A stretch of 64,000 bases of DNA, taken from Calcarisporiella thermophila CBS 279.70 (Eukaryota; Fungi; Calcarisporiellomycota). How positions within the stretch are numbered: the stretch's first letter is position 1; each line of letters starts with the position of its first letter. Below the pieces are notes generated by a model. That model made no database searches. It had not been told where the DNA came from and saw nothing but the letters and a program-made list of their open reading frames with translations. A program made the position numbers and the translations under genes. The stretch is taken from contig NW_027192211.1 of NCBI RefSeq assembly GCF_041956535.1, positions 517,935-581,934 on the forward strand, written 5' to 3'. This document shows positions 13,696-29,090 of this stretch, in pieces.

Positions 13696-14616
13696 ATGAA
13701 TCGACAGACTATCGAAGGTGAACCTCGTGCACCGATATCTAGTGCTGGCACTGAGAGAATAGATGTACCCGCAGGATTGGGCATCTTTTGTGGCGCTACT
13801 GCGAATGAGTGCGACAAGAAGTCCTCTGTCGCATTCAAACCTTATTGGGATATATCCGCCCTGTACAAGGAAACGTCTTCCCAGCAGGTTTTCACGTCCT
13901 GTGCGCCACCCTGTTCTGACTTGTATCCATACGAGCCTCTCTCCAAGCATCCTCTAAGCCTAGGGCAATCCCATCGGGGTAAATCAGAAGAGCTATTAGA
14001 ATTTCAGTCGTCCAGAGGATCCTCTTCCGCTGCGTACTATTCTACCCACAACAGCGTACATCAGCCTGCACCCAAGCGTCGTTCAACCGCGCCAATACTC
14101 TCACGCGTTGAGAAGCATGAAAAGCTCAATATAAGGAAATTATCCATGTCTTGGTTCAAGCCGGAATTATCCCAACGCGATCAGAACGCAGCTCATGAGA
14201 ACAAGGGAGAGGTCCGAAATGGAAGCAACATATATCGAAGATTTTCAGAGCTGACAATCCCCGAGCTAGTGCAGGGCCTCAAATCCTTTCATTTTTCCAA
14301 TGTCATACCTTGCATTCCAAAACGAATTTCGAGAGACCAGAAGGAAAATGGATGGGAGGGGACAGAAGAGATTGTGTTTTCTTGCGCCCGAAACAATGAA
14401 GGCACCACAAGTAGAGCTATGGAGAGCCCGATTGTGGAACGGGATCAGCTACTGCGATTAATGGACGGGAAGCGTAAAGAAGCCACTGCTATTGACGAGA
14501 TATCCTACAAAAGGCAGAAATCTAGTGGCACAGTAGGTTCAAGTAGAGCAAGATCAGAGTCGCACGGAAAAATTATCGATCATGCCGTACGAGAACACCT
14601 AGATTTATTTTGCTAA
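13696..14616 (+). CDS. Hypothetical Ser-rich, probably disordered protein
   Basis: 306-aa open frame between AT-rich flanks; no recognisable domain. Confidence 0.5.
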   Translation: MNRQTIEGEPRAPISSAGTERIDVPAGLGIFCGATANECDKKSSVAFKPYWDISALYKETSSQQVFTSCAPPCSDLYPYEPLSKHPLSLGQSHRGKSEELLEFQSSRGSSSAAYYSTHNSVHQPAPKRRSTAPILSRVEKHEKLNIRKLSMSWFKPELSQRDQNAAHENKGEVRNGSNIYRRFSELTIPELVQGLKSFHFSNVIPCIPKRISRDQKENGWEGTEEIVFSCARNNEGTTSRAMESPIVERDQLLRLMDGKRKEATAIDEISYKRQKSSGTVGSSRARSESHGKIIDHAVREHLDLFC

Positions 14617-15070
14617 AAGAAGAGCTATGGGTGGATTGTTTTAGGGAACTCCAAGAAGGTTACTTTATTACCGAGCTGACGAGTTAGCATAGCCAAGCAC
14701 AAGATATCACATACATGTGGCTTGCTCTCTACATCCATCGGCGTTTAATCGTGTTTATCAATACACACACTTGTTCTTATCGTAATTTAATATTTATGAA
14801 TTGTCTATTAGAGATCCGTGTCAGAGTTCTAATAAATAGATGTTGCCATTTTGTTGCAAGTTTGCTACTTGCAATTCAATGAATTCCGCCCTTTAAACTT
14901 TTCTTGAGATCCCCAAGCAATATTTGACAAGAGTTACTTTTCTGGAAAGTAGTGTGGCGCGAAGGGCCAAGAGATACGAATTGTTTAATATTGAGGTGGA
15001 TATATTCTCATATCCAAGTCTCGGCCGAAAAGACAGCTCGTCTCATTAGCAACAAAGGAGACTCAACTCA

Positions 15071-15943
15071 ATGAGGACTTTTGAACTCAATTTCATCACC
15101 TCTTTCTATTTTCTTCTTACTGTAATTCCTCTCATTCCACTTGCTCTTACAGCTCCGGCGGGCCTTTTCGATTCGACACTTGCACAAATCCGACCCAAGG
15201 ATACCGTCGTTGTGATACTAGACAATGGTTCAAGTACATCTCACTTCCTCACCATACACTTAATAGTGGTTGCCTGCTTGCTTATGGGCACTGGGCTCTT
15301 ACTTGCCCTCTGCGGCTACACAAATATACGATTAGTAATGTTTGCGGCAGGCGCCCTTACCTTTGGTTTTCTAACATGGCTTGTTTTATTAAATGTGGAG
15401 CCGTCGGATGGATATGGAAGACACTCTGATACTATATTCTTGGTGGTAAGTGTAGGAGTGGGACTAGTTGCCGGGGTCTTGCTTGCCTATTGTTGGCGCC
15501 TTGCCATCTGGTTGCTGGGAGGATTGAGTGGCATTCTCCTTGGGATATGGATTCTTTCATGGAAGACAGAGCTCATTTCACAAGCTTGGGGTCGTATCCT
15601 GCTTCTCTCTCTAATGAGCATCCTTGGAGTCATTCTCTCCGTTGCATTTGATCGCATAGCTTTTATTTTCACTACATCCTTTACCGGTACCTTTGGGTTT
15701 TTATGTGGACTTGATGTGTTTCTAAATACGGGTTTCCTCATGTCAATCTTGTACATAATTGACCCACGCCATGATTATAATTATAACGCAAATCCCCAAG
15801 CACTGGGGATGGTGGGTGGTGTAGCGGTCTTGACACTGATAGGCATACTTATCCAATACTGGATGATGCGTCGAGCCCATACGGCCTACCGAACAGCCGC
15901 ATATAACCCTAAGAATGGGCTGGATTACTTTATTCAACTTTGA
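15071..15943 (+). CDS. TMEM198/TM7SF3-like (DUF4203) membrane protein
   Basis: Signal peptide plus 7 Gly-rich TM helices; TSFTGTFGFLCGLDVFLNTGF and GILIQ motifs. Confidence 0.8.
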   Translation: MRTFELNFITSFYFLLTVIPLIPLALTAPAGLFDSTLAQIRPKDTVVVILDNGSSTSHFLTIHLIVVACLLMGTGLLLALCGYTNIRLVMFAAGALTFGFLTWLVLLNVEPSDGYGRHSDTIFLVVSVGVGLVAGVLLAYCWRLAIWLLGGLSGILLGIWILSWKTELISQAWGRILLLSLMSILGVILSVAFDRIAFIFTTSFTGTFGFLCGLDVFLNTGFLMSILYIIDPRHDYNYNANPQALGMVGGVAVLTLIGILIQYWMMRRAHTAYRTAAYNPKNGLDYFIQL

Positions 15944-16240
15944 TTCACCCTCCAGTATACATTCCGAATGGACATCATTGCTGGCACCATTGTTACATAT
16001 TTACATTGTTGTTTTTATTCTTTTTTTTCTGACAGCATATCAACCACAGATAATGCTACTATACAAATAGGGTTTCCTATACATTAACATTATAATTGTT
16101 TTTTTCGGATTGATTTGACACATGCAAGTAAATTATCAAACGTAGAGAGATTGCCCTGGTGACTAATTGAACAAGAGTTTGTTACCCCACAATCTAATGG
16201 AATTGTGTTGCAGCCATTTTCAGGTGCCCGGCTTGATTGA

Positions 16241-17225
16241 TTACTTTGTATCAAGGGATTGTCGTCTCGGCCCTATTCAGATGGCATATAAGAAGTGTAT
16301 GGAGCAATAACTAAGCAAATACCTTACCTCCGTTGTTGACCACATCCATTGGGCCGGTATAGGGTCTGATCTTGGCAAGTGTATTGCTGACATTCTCAAG
16401 ATATGCTCGTTTAGCTAGTGTAGGGTAATCAACCCCATTATCAGTGGTTTCCATTTGGTATACATAAGCGGAGAATACCCACCTGTAGTAGGGTGCTCAA
16501 AGATAATCAGTGCGCGCGTGTCGTTGATCCACTTGATTCGATACCCCCCCTGCATGTTTTCATAACCTCTAAAGATATCATGCAAGTGGTGCGTTTTGAA
16601 AGAAGAGGGAAAATCGTACACATCAAGAACGGTAGTTCTGTCGTTGGTTTTCTTCGCTAATGCAAAAAACCATCGAACACATAATGTTACAATTAATACA
16701 CATATACGTTCTGCAGCACTTCAACCATAAATGGCATATACATGACCAGAAATTGTATTAGAAAATAATAGCTCAAAGAATATATGTACCTGATTCGATG
16801 AGCGATGCTGTTGGATCGACATAGGAATTTCGCTTTCGGTGCACGGCACCTTGTAATCTTGCCAAAAGCTCATCTTCAGCATATCTTACCCCATTCCATT
16901 CATAACCTTCCATGTTTTCCTCCCGTGCTAAGTTCATTTCACTTTCTTCATAATAGTAGCTTGGTAAACGGGGCTGCAACATTGGGACAGAGAGAGGAAG
17001 TGACAAGTGTTTGTTGCGGTTTCTTGAGAGGAAATCGTCTGAATTCCCAGCAGAGTATGGGGTCGGGGCGTGCCCATTAAAAGTCGTGTTGGGAGGGGAA
17101 TTGCCAGAGTTAGATAGGCGTTTCTGAGCTGAATAGGACAGGCGGGAGACATATTGTTGCCTGGCAGCATTATCTACGAATGAATGGCTAGTAGATCGGT
17201 TGCGACGACCTGAGGTTGTGGACAT
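16241..17225 (-). CDS. R3HCC1-like protein with C-terminal RRM-like domain
   Basis: Disordered N-terminus, then VLDVYDFPSSFKTHHL...IKWINDTRALIIFEHPTTAKRAY...KIRP; 4 exons, stop at 16241-16243. Confidence 0.7.
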
Positions 17226-17578
17226 TGTGATTTATCAAAAAATGGCAATGAAATTTCGGAATAAAAAGAATGACTTAAAGCCCCAATGAAGAAAGAGAGA
17301 AACACTTAAATAATAGAATAAATTCGATAAGGATTTAGATTAATGTGGGAACGGTCGTTAGAAGAGTCGAGAGTTCAGCAAGGGTTTATACACTTGACGC
17401 CACCCATGCTGTTCTAGATACCAACTTTAAGATATATTGGAACACTTATTGTATAAAATAAGTATAATGTGGCACAGTTTGTGACTGCCCTTTCTTTTGT
17501 CTTGTCGCTCGAACGCGAATCTAATATGCACTTGGCTCCTGTTGGTTTTCTCCGTATTTATTCGAACCTATCGTGGAA

Positions 17579-19861
17579 ATGCGATTCTGCTCGAAATCCT
17601 TCGCATTTCTCTCTTTAATCTTAACTGGTTGTGCGGATGCTTTTGCAAGCAAGGAGGTTTTTAACGAAGAACTCCTAATCAAACCACTACGCGATGGAAA
17701 ACAGCTCACGCATGCTCAATTCACAACGCGGTGGGATGCATCTGTACACTTAGAAGAGACTGGTATGCCACAGTTTTCCATCTTTATCTTGAACCTAGCT
17801 AATATGTATGTTTCAGCTACGCACTATGGTTTATTTCCCAGAGCAATCGGCCAAGTACTTCAAAACTTTGGTGTCCATGAGCTACATCTCACTTTCACTC
17901 AAGGTCGCTGGGATTACGAGGAATGGGGTTATCCGATTTTCCCATCAGCAGGCAGAGGTGTGGAATTATGGGCAGTGATGGATGTGGTCGAGTAAATATT
18001 ACTATCCTTACTTATATTATTATATTACGGAAACTCATCTCGATCGAAACTTTGTAGTGCGGATAGAAATTGGAAGAGTTTAACAAACACATTATCTGGA
18101 CTCTTCTGTGCTTCTCTGAACTTTATTGATGATACCTTAACTGTAGAACCAAAACTCTCTTTTCGACATGATGATGAATTTGAGAGATGGCGAAGTAAGT
18201 GTATTTATCCTAGTACGTAGACACAAGCTATCTAGATTTCATGCGAGTGTATTTGCTTTTAATTAATTAGACCATAATGGTACCGTTCTGAGATATGGTG
18301 CCTTGGCACGCGAGAGCGTGTGCACTGAGAACCTGACACCCTGGATAAAGTTGCTACCATGCAAGTCAAAGGTAGTATTTTCATGCCCCGTTTTTCCGGA
18401 TCCAATAATCATCTTATCAAGATATTAAATTATATATCTAAAGTCTGGAATAGCCGCACTGTTGAATGCCTACAAGCACTATAACAGCAATTTCCACTCC
18501 ATGGCCATTCATGCACGGCACTCTTGTTCAGATAAAGAGTGTAGTCATAAAGTTCTTGAACTGGTGCAAACAGTAACCAGTGTGTTTGATCCTGTCCCGC
18601 GAACTGCAAAGCGAGGTTAGATTTTTCCTATTTTATATTTTCCCCATCAACTACTAATAGTCATTTTTCTACTCTAGACTGGTCAATTCGCTCCCTATTT
18701 GACAGAACTATTCAGGGTGCCTGCCCCGTTGCCTCGTCATCTCGCTTACTCGTAATGCTCCCTGAAGACCCTTCTACATATAGTCTCTCACAGCCTCCAT
18801 CGGAAGTTTTCGATTCCTCTTCTCAAGAAAATTCAGTAAATCGCAAAATAGCAGTCTACGACTTGAAACAGATACAGGGTGACTTTGACTTGAGCATGAA
18901 TTGGAATGAGGAAAAATTCGAGTATTCCACCAAAAAAGAGCCATTGGCAAGATTGGTTGCTCATCGGTCAATAACAGGTCGGTAAAAAATAAGAATGATT
19001 GCGATCAACCACCTTCGTTCAGTGTAAATCGATAACTTTTATTCATTACGTTAGGCTATGGGCAGGAGCGTGGGGGTATAACTGTCAGAATCGAGAATCA
19101 AAGTGCAGAATCTTTGTCTGTTACTTATTTTGATGCAGTACCTTGGTTCCTGCGCTTATATCTGCACACGCTTAATGTGAAAGTTCTCAATTCTTCCTCC
19201 GCTCTCCACAATAACTCTACGACCCACCAGAAAGACCTCGTAGAAAAAATATTCTATCAGCAGGCAAAGGATCGGGAGCGGCCCGCACTGATAGAAATGA
19301 TTGCAACGGTTCCACCCAGAAGCGTGGTCGCCGTGTCTATCGATTTTGATATGGCATTTTTGAAGTATACTGAGCACCGCCCAGATGCGAACCGAGGCTT
19401 TGATATCGGGTAATAATCGAGGCTAAAATTTGATCGATATAGCTGGCTAATGGGATGTTTGTATATAGCCCTGCTGTTGTGATGGCATCTCTATCGGACA
19501 GTCAGGACTTCATCTTCCCTCAGAACTATGGATTTTCTCCTCTTACCCTTGGCCAAAGGTAAATGTTTCTCTTTAACCCAACTCTTTTAGCTGTAGTAAC
19601 AATACGTATTCGATAACAATTTAAATTTTCAGGTCGACGTCTGTTGTCCAGACATGTCGAGTGTATACCGAGAATCTTCTCGTCTCTCTTCCTACCCCTG
19701 ATTTCAGTATGCCCTACAATGTCATTACGCTGACATGTACAGTTATTGCGATGGCTTTTGGATTTATATTCAATTTAATCACAAGACGGTTTGTGTTAGT
19801 GGAGGAGGAGGAGAAGCAGAAGAAGAAAGAAAAGGAGGAAGTAGAGAAAAAAGTTACCTAG
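17579..19861 (+). CDS. GPI16: GPI transamidase subunit Gpi16/PIG-T
   Basis: [78 protein letters not shown]; about 9 introns. Confidence 0.96.
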
Positions 19862-20389
19862 TTGTTATTTTTCATCATTTGTTCATTTCCTTCAAAATGC
19901 AAAATATGTTATAATATATAAGAGCCGTTTCGCTTTGTAACCTGCTGGAAAGCCTTGAAAATATCTATTATATATATCTGTTCATATTTTATCAATCTTG
20001 ATTGAAGAAAGATTCAAAAGTGATATGAAAGATTATCCTAATCAACTTTTTTTTCAATCTACGGCTTTCGCCCATAATCCAGCACAGCTGGACGCAGTTG
20101 TACGCTTGATGGAATAGCACATGTGATCACCAATAACATAGACTATTGTGGTTGTGAATCGATTCAGTAGCCATGGTAATAGTACGACACAGTATTCCAA
20201 ATGATTTGAGGACTACAAGTTCTCTGCCCGAGAAAGGGTGCCCTGGAAAACACAACGTTTGTAATATTTACAGCCGTTTAGGTGGGGAAATATCCTTATT
20301 AGAACGGTTAAAATAACCAGGATTATATACTATATATACACAAAAGAAACAATGGTAGTGTCCAAATGCAAGATTTCGTCCGGTAGTTC

Positions 20390-21570
20390 TCATTCGTTAT
20401 AAAGGTCATACTCTAGCCGTGGTCGTTTTCTTGTTGGCCACGTGTGTGAATCTCTATTCTGCCCGGACATTGGGGTAGAAGAGGGTTGCCGGAGTTGTGC
20501 TGGTGGTGGAGGGGAATACCGTGGGGGCGAGGATTCTTCATTAGGCCGGTCGTAATCATGGTGATAAAATCTACCCCCTCCTCCTCGCCCTCCCCTAATA
20601 TTACCCCCAGCCCCTCTTCCTCGACCACTTCCTCTTCCACCGCCACCGTTTGACTTTCTTCCTTTTCCTCGATCACTCTGGGGTGCTGTAGATAAAGATT
20701 TACGTTCGTTATTTCCACCCCCATTACCACCACCTCTATTTTTCCCACGTGTTCCACGAGCAGGTCCTTTAGCACCTCGCGTTGGACGATTAGGCTCACC
20801 GTCCCGCTCTCGTTTGGGTGTCGGTGGAGGCGGTGGTGTTGGTTCTTTGGTAGGAAGTGGTTGTCCAGGTAAGAGTGGAATCTGGAAAAATGGGAAAACT
20901 TAGTACGATGTCAAACCTGGAATAAAGAAAATTCGGATGACAAACCATCACACCAGGCTTATTTGGATCGGGTGCCCAAGTATAATCGCTCATCCTAGGA
21001 TTCTCGACAAAGAGCATGGTATCTCTAGAATAGGTATCCAAGTAATGAGGACAAAATGTTCAAAAAAAGCGAAAAATGCAAAATGCAACTTACTCGCCAA
21101 TTCGTTTGACTTTACCATATTTTGCAGTTGTAAGCTGTAGCGACCCGCGGAATAATTTTGCCTCGCTGTTTTGTCAGAAACAGTTAGATATACGTCGTGT
21201 GCTCAATAAAATTTAAAAAGTCATACCCTCCAATTATACGTAGTATGTCACCCTGCTTTATAAATTTGCCCATTTCACCCCATATACTCATAGTGATGGT
21301 GCCTGAGATGTCGGCAACCAGGAACCAGTAGATGCTCTGGCCATTATGAATTATACGGGGCTGTTGCGCTGTTCATGAACATGCGAGAACTAGTCATTAG
21401 GGATGGAGAGTAACCTAACCTAAACATATCTCAAAACCATTCTCACCTTTTTCCAACACGATCACTTCACAATCAAAGCCACGCATTTGCGGGCGCATTT
21501 CAGCAATAGGGAGCAATCGTTTCTCGGTAGAGGCGTTAAAGCCACTTCCGGGCAGAGGAACAAGATTCAT
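20390..21570 (-). CDS. SOSS-B/NABP (hSSB)-like OB-fold ssDNA-binding protein with RGG tail
   Basis: Manually spliced: GFDCEVIVLEK, FLVADISGTITMSIWGEMGKFIKQGDILRI, KVKRIG, MLFVENPRMS; Pro- and RGG-rich last exon ending YDLYNE*. Confidence 0.8.
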
Positions 21571-22976
21571 TTAATGTTCCGACCACGAGGGATTGGCTGA
21601 GGTTGTGGGCAAAAAGAGGGAGAGGAAATTTGTTTCTGATATTTAGTTGAAATTTTTATTTCTGAGTTGAAATCAGGCTTTCTCTCCCGCTGAATTTATT
21701 TTCTCTAAATATTTGTATAATTCGCGGAGAAAACGATGGCTTGGGCTTCTGTAATTCAAATTATGGGTAGCGAATTTTTTTTATTTCCGATTTCTCTAGC
21801 CAAAACTTTTTGTACTGATAACCATAGACCTCCAATGATTCATTACTGCTAGACCCTCAGTTCATCCTCTTCCATACATCACACACATACACGGCTGATG
21901 TCTAGGAGGAAAGAGCTGAGAAACCCTTGTGACAATTGAGTGAATTATTTTCCAGCTCATTCTCTAGTAAATTGCAAAGATTAATTGCAACGAAATCGTA
22001 TTCAAAACTGTACAGCTAAATGACAGAATTGTATGCGATGAAAACAGTCAGTAATTAGAGTGATAGGTGTTAAAACTTCTCATCGATGAATAATTGACAT
22101 TAGAAATGATCAAAAGCAAGTTTCTCAAGGAACAAAGAACTAGAAGTTAGCAACAATCGACACGCGCACCATGCAAATAGTTATAGTTGTAACTGCCGAC
22201 TTACTTTTGTAGTTTTGGTCAATTTTCTTCAAAACTTTTAAGTCTATGCTTTATCACCGATAAAGAGTGTATTTTTAGAAGACTTGAGGCTCTAACATAA
22301 TCACATACAGCATAATCAAGATATAATAAATGGAGTATAAATGAATTGACGATCAAGCTATTCCACAATAGTTAGCACATCTTGCAATTAAAACTCGAAG
22401 GCATTCTGCACCTATGCTCTATGATAAAAAAAAAGCAAGACCAAATTTTAAATTTACTCTTCAAACAGTGAGATATGGGAAGAGACTGTAGTGGGTAAAA
22501 ATGCAATAATAAGCGATTAGCAAAACACAACCTGTTATCGAGTGTAAAATGGGAGATTAATGGGAAACTACTTTATTAGGCAGCGTTTACGTATATTTAA
22601 AGGTTGGGATCGGCTTGTCAATTATAAGATTCTTCCGAATAGAAAATGATAGTTGTTGGCTCATCCGTAGATTAAATTTCTCATTACTGGTTCGATTGTG
22701 CTTACAAATATTTGACATACAATTTTTATGGCTCAACATCATTGAATAAAGCGCAGGCCATCGGTTGGTAATCTTTTGGATATATTTGCTTGCTTTATGC
22801 CTTCATTTATAGCAGTACATTGAAATACTCGTTGAAAACCTGAAAAGAGCAATCTGTCAAAATTCTCGATCATTTTATGGTTTCCTTCTCCGATGAGAGG
22901 GTAGGTGCAACTCTTACTTTGCCTACTTATATATGCATCATGCTATAAAGAGCTATGTACATCGATTATATCAGTA

Positions 22977-24109
22977 TCAGTTTTTCTCTTCATCCTATAT
23001 AATAATAAAAACAACATTGATCAAACCAAAAAAACTAAATAGTGAAGCTAAAATCCGTACATCATGAACTGCAATCAATTGTATACCATCATATTCGTAT
23101 GATTCAACTATAGACGATGCAGAACCCAATTTCGACTGCATTTGTTGAATACGATACAAATCACAAGTGTAACAAGCGTTTAATTAGTGGCTATAGTTAC
23201 GGCTTCTTTTTGCTGCAAGCTTTCCTCATCGCAATTTTCAGGAATGATTCTTTGAGGATTATCGAGTAATGTGTCACAATATTCATTGAATGAAATTTCA
23301 GCGACTGAACTGCTTGAAGTCCGTGTGATACTACAGGGAAGTACAATAGGAGAGCTGAATTCACGCTTGATCTTTATATTCAAAACAATTAATGGGTATA
23401 ATTAAAAATAGTGTACAATAGAAGCACATTTAAATACATATGGCCAAAGACAAATACCCTTTTATTATCCACAGAGCAATTGTTTTCAGGAGAAGCAACA
23501 CGCTTAGCTCTATCCCTATTCCACTTCTCGATACGTCGATCCACTAATTTAGGTCATCAGCTATGGGTTGCAAGTTGACGCAATAGATAGCACAATATCA
23601 AGATCATATACCAAGCTGTTCATCCGACTCTGAAGAGTCAGCGTGACTCAATGCTCTAGCATAGGATCCCGTCTTCTCTCGAGTCACGTTCTTGTAATAT
23701 TTTCCAAGGCCAATCCAGTCAGGAACTTCAAGTAGGAGTTGTCTTTTCAATTCAAAGTCTTCAGGCTCTAATTCAATATATCAGTTGAATATATGCGTAT
23801 TATCTCCCTATATGTCTAATATGAAACCCTTAGCCTGAATTTCCAATCTTTGATTCGTAGTAGAATGACTCAAAAAAGAGGCCCAATGACTCCCATTTAT
23901 TAGCCAATTACTCCCGAATAGGGGTGCGTCGACTTGCGCTTTTTGTGGGTGTTTACGGTGATTTTTTGGATATTTTTTTGTAAGGCGACCACGGTGAAAT
24001 CTACGTGAGTTTCTAAGGTGATATGCGCGGAAAATCGTTTAAAATAGTAGATATTAGAGCGTATCAATATGATGATGATATACCCAGCTGGGATACCAGC
24101 CCTATTCAT
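22977..24109 (-). CDS. Hypothetical multi-exon protein (not in ORF track as a whole)
   Basis: Seven short exons splice in frame via GT-AG: MNRAGIPAG|NSRRFHRGR...EIQAK|EPEDFELKRQLLLEVPDWIGLG...|...|DEEKN*. Confidence 0.45.
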
Positions 24110-24338
24110 CTCGGAAACGAGGATAAGAAACGAAAAATAGGGTAAAAGAATCGATTTTGATTCAAAAAAAGTAAAAAATTTGATCCAGTGGCTTATGAAC
24201 TGTGAAAAGTGTTCTTAATGCTTTAATACATTTAAAGAATAAATAAACTATACAAATGGTTATACTAGAAGAAATGAGAGCCAAGTTGTGGGAAATTATC
24301 CAAGATATCGCTAATAAAAAAATACCAATAATCATCTG

Positions 24339-26837
<2,499 letters not shown>

Positions 26838-27406
26838 TTTACGCGTTTTGAATCTGAAAATGTTGGTGGAATGAAGATATGGGTAACACGCAAAGTAAAG
26901 AGTATTTTAATAACGCGTAATGAGAAATAAAAGGTTCAGGAAGAAAGGGAGATTTCATCAAATAAAAAGAGCTGAAATCAAAATCGTTGAAGCATAACCT
27001 CTTTCGAAAAAACATCCGTCGCTAATTTCCTCCGAGTATATCGCGAATTACAGCACAAGCTTGGTGACATCATTGGATATCTCCATAAATTTGGCATTGC
27101 CACTCTTATTTTTGGAAGAGGGATTTCGGTTAAGGTAAACATCGTACCAAAAGATAAATCATATTCTCATGATATTTGATAATGTTAATGGTCACCCTTT
27201 AATAATTTATCAAACAATTCTAATTGTACATATAATTTTCTGTAGCAAAAATGCTTAAAAGCTAATCAAATTACCAATGATGGTTTTCGTATTAAGAGAG
27301 AGATCTACGATGATTAGTATGTGGCTAAGTATTTCATTTTTGGCCACTCAATTCCAACTATGTGAAATCTATATCTTGTTCTTATACACAAGTGCTAGAA
27401 ACTTAT

Positions 27407-28667
27407 ATGGGCGATACATCACACTTTCTAATCGAGTTCCTCCACTGCAGCAGCTGCTATGCAGATTTTGAATCTTCAGGTTCTAAGAAGCTCTATCTCT
27501 GCGAGTGTGGTCACTTTTTGTGTGAAGTTTGCATACGGAGAGAATCCCAAGGTATTTTGTTCAATATATGCGTGAGATATAAAACCATACAACACCCGAA
27601 AGTCATCGTAAACCTCCGCTATAACTAGAAGGATCAGATGGATTACGTCTAACTCAAAAAGTACATTGTTCAATATGTCACGATGAATTTACGGCAGTAG
27701 ATATTAGTAACGGGGTAAGTCATTTTCAGGTTCTATGCGTTATCTAACCCTTTAATCGGAATTGCATAAAGAATACCAACGGACAATGTAGCTCTATTAA
27801 AATGCTTCGTATTTATTTTTGGTAACTAGCCCCCAGAGCACATCCAGCGCTTCTTTCGACCCGCTCAGTTCGCCGCTGGTGAAGCATACGAGATACTTCG
27901 ATTTCAACACTCTCATCTCGTCAATCTCACTCGTTTTCTGAAAAGACGAGTCGATAGTCAGCACAAGTTATTAGAGCGTGCTCGAGAAAATCTCTTGAAA
28001 GTGAAACCTATGAAAGCGTAATAATAGCCTCCTCACATTGTCCGCATATAGTCTTTTTAGCATTTTTTTTGTATCAGGATTATGAAAGAGCTGAAAGAAG
28101 AAAATACGATGCTTCGAAAGTTTATATCAGAAACACAGTCAATTAAGTCCCTCGTGCTTGGAACTGACCAGGCTTCTCCAGAGTTAATGCAAAGGTTCCC
28201 TTCACATAAGCACCAATTGATATCAACAAAACCTATATATGGGGATAATTCAGGGTAGGCCTTAACTTTGGCCATTCATATTTTTTCATCGAATTGAATA
28301 GGAAAATGTATATTTATATATAGGTCTGCCACTATCACTTCTCAGGATGGGTATCAAGTAAAGACCCTGAACTTACCAAGATTAATTTCACCAAATAAAA
28401 TGATCTAATCTATATTATTTTATACTGTGAATATAATATTAATATTAGTAAAATATTCAAGGGAAAGATGTGTTTAGGTAATCTTCTGATCCAATCTTCC
28501 AAAATAATAGCCAGCAGCTTGGAGATGGAACACCACTACAACCCACTTCATCAAACCAGGCTGCAAACCCAAGTGCAATTGTAACCACCACAACTCCCTT
28601 ATTAACTACTCAAGATACTTCTGAGTCCATTGAATGTATTGATCTATCTTCTGAGAAAGTAAACTAA
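27407..28667 (+). CDS. RNF212/Zip3-like meiotic RING E3 ligase
   Basis: HCSSC...LCECGHFLCEVC...CSIC RING, then HIQRFF...EILRFQ coiled coil and a disordered S/P-rich tail. Start and 3' exons approximate. Confidence 0.7.
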
Positions 28668-29090
28668 AAAGGTTGATCTTTTTTTATATGGTGCTGTAAA
28701 AGACTGATGAATCTTTAACGCTTTATTTTGTAATGTTTTATCCGACCTTTATAATTTTACATAGCGTATGTTGCCACATTCATGATAATTTTCTTGCTAT
28801 CCTAGGACCATCAAATAATATACGCTTTATCCAAGGTAGTTCTAAACGGCTAGAGCATGGAAACTACCAGATTGGAGTTTGGGTGGTATCAATCCATTTG
28901 GAAATACTTTAAATTTTTGAAATTAGTTTCTACCTTTTTTGCCAAATTCCTACTTGCTATTCAAGTTGAATAAAGTGGCGCATTTTCTTTCAATGGCTAC
29001 ATTGTTTACGATAACCCTTGAACTACTAAATCATTATTTAAACGCCTTTGGATTTTTTTTGTCGCGGCGATTTAATCATAACTTGTAGCA

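Noticed and set aside
20190-20245. SECIS-like ATGA...AA...GA stem downstream of GPI16
   Set aside because: Helix II too short, and no in-frame UGA found in the upstream gene.
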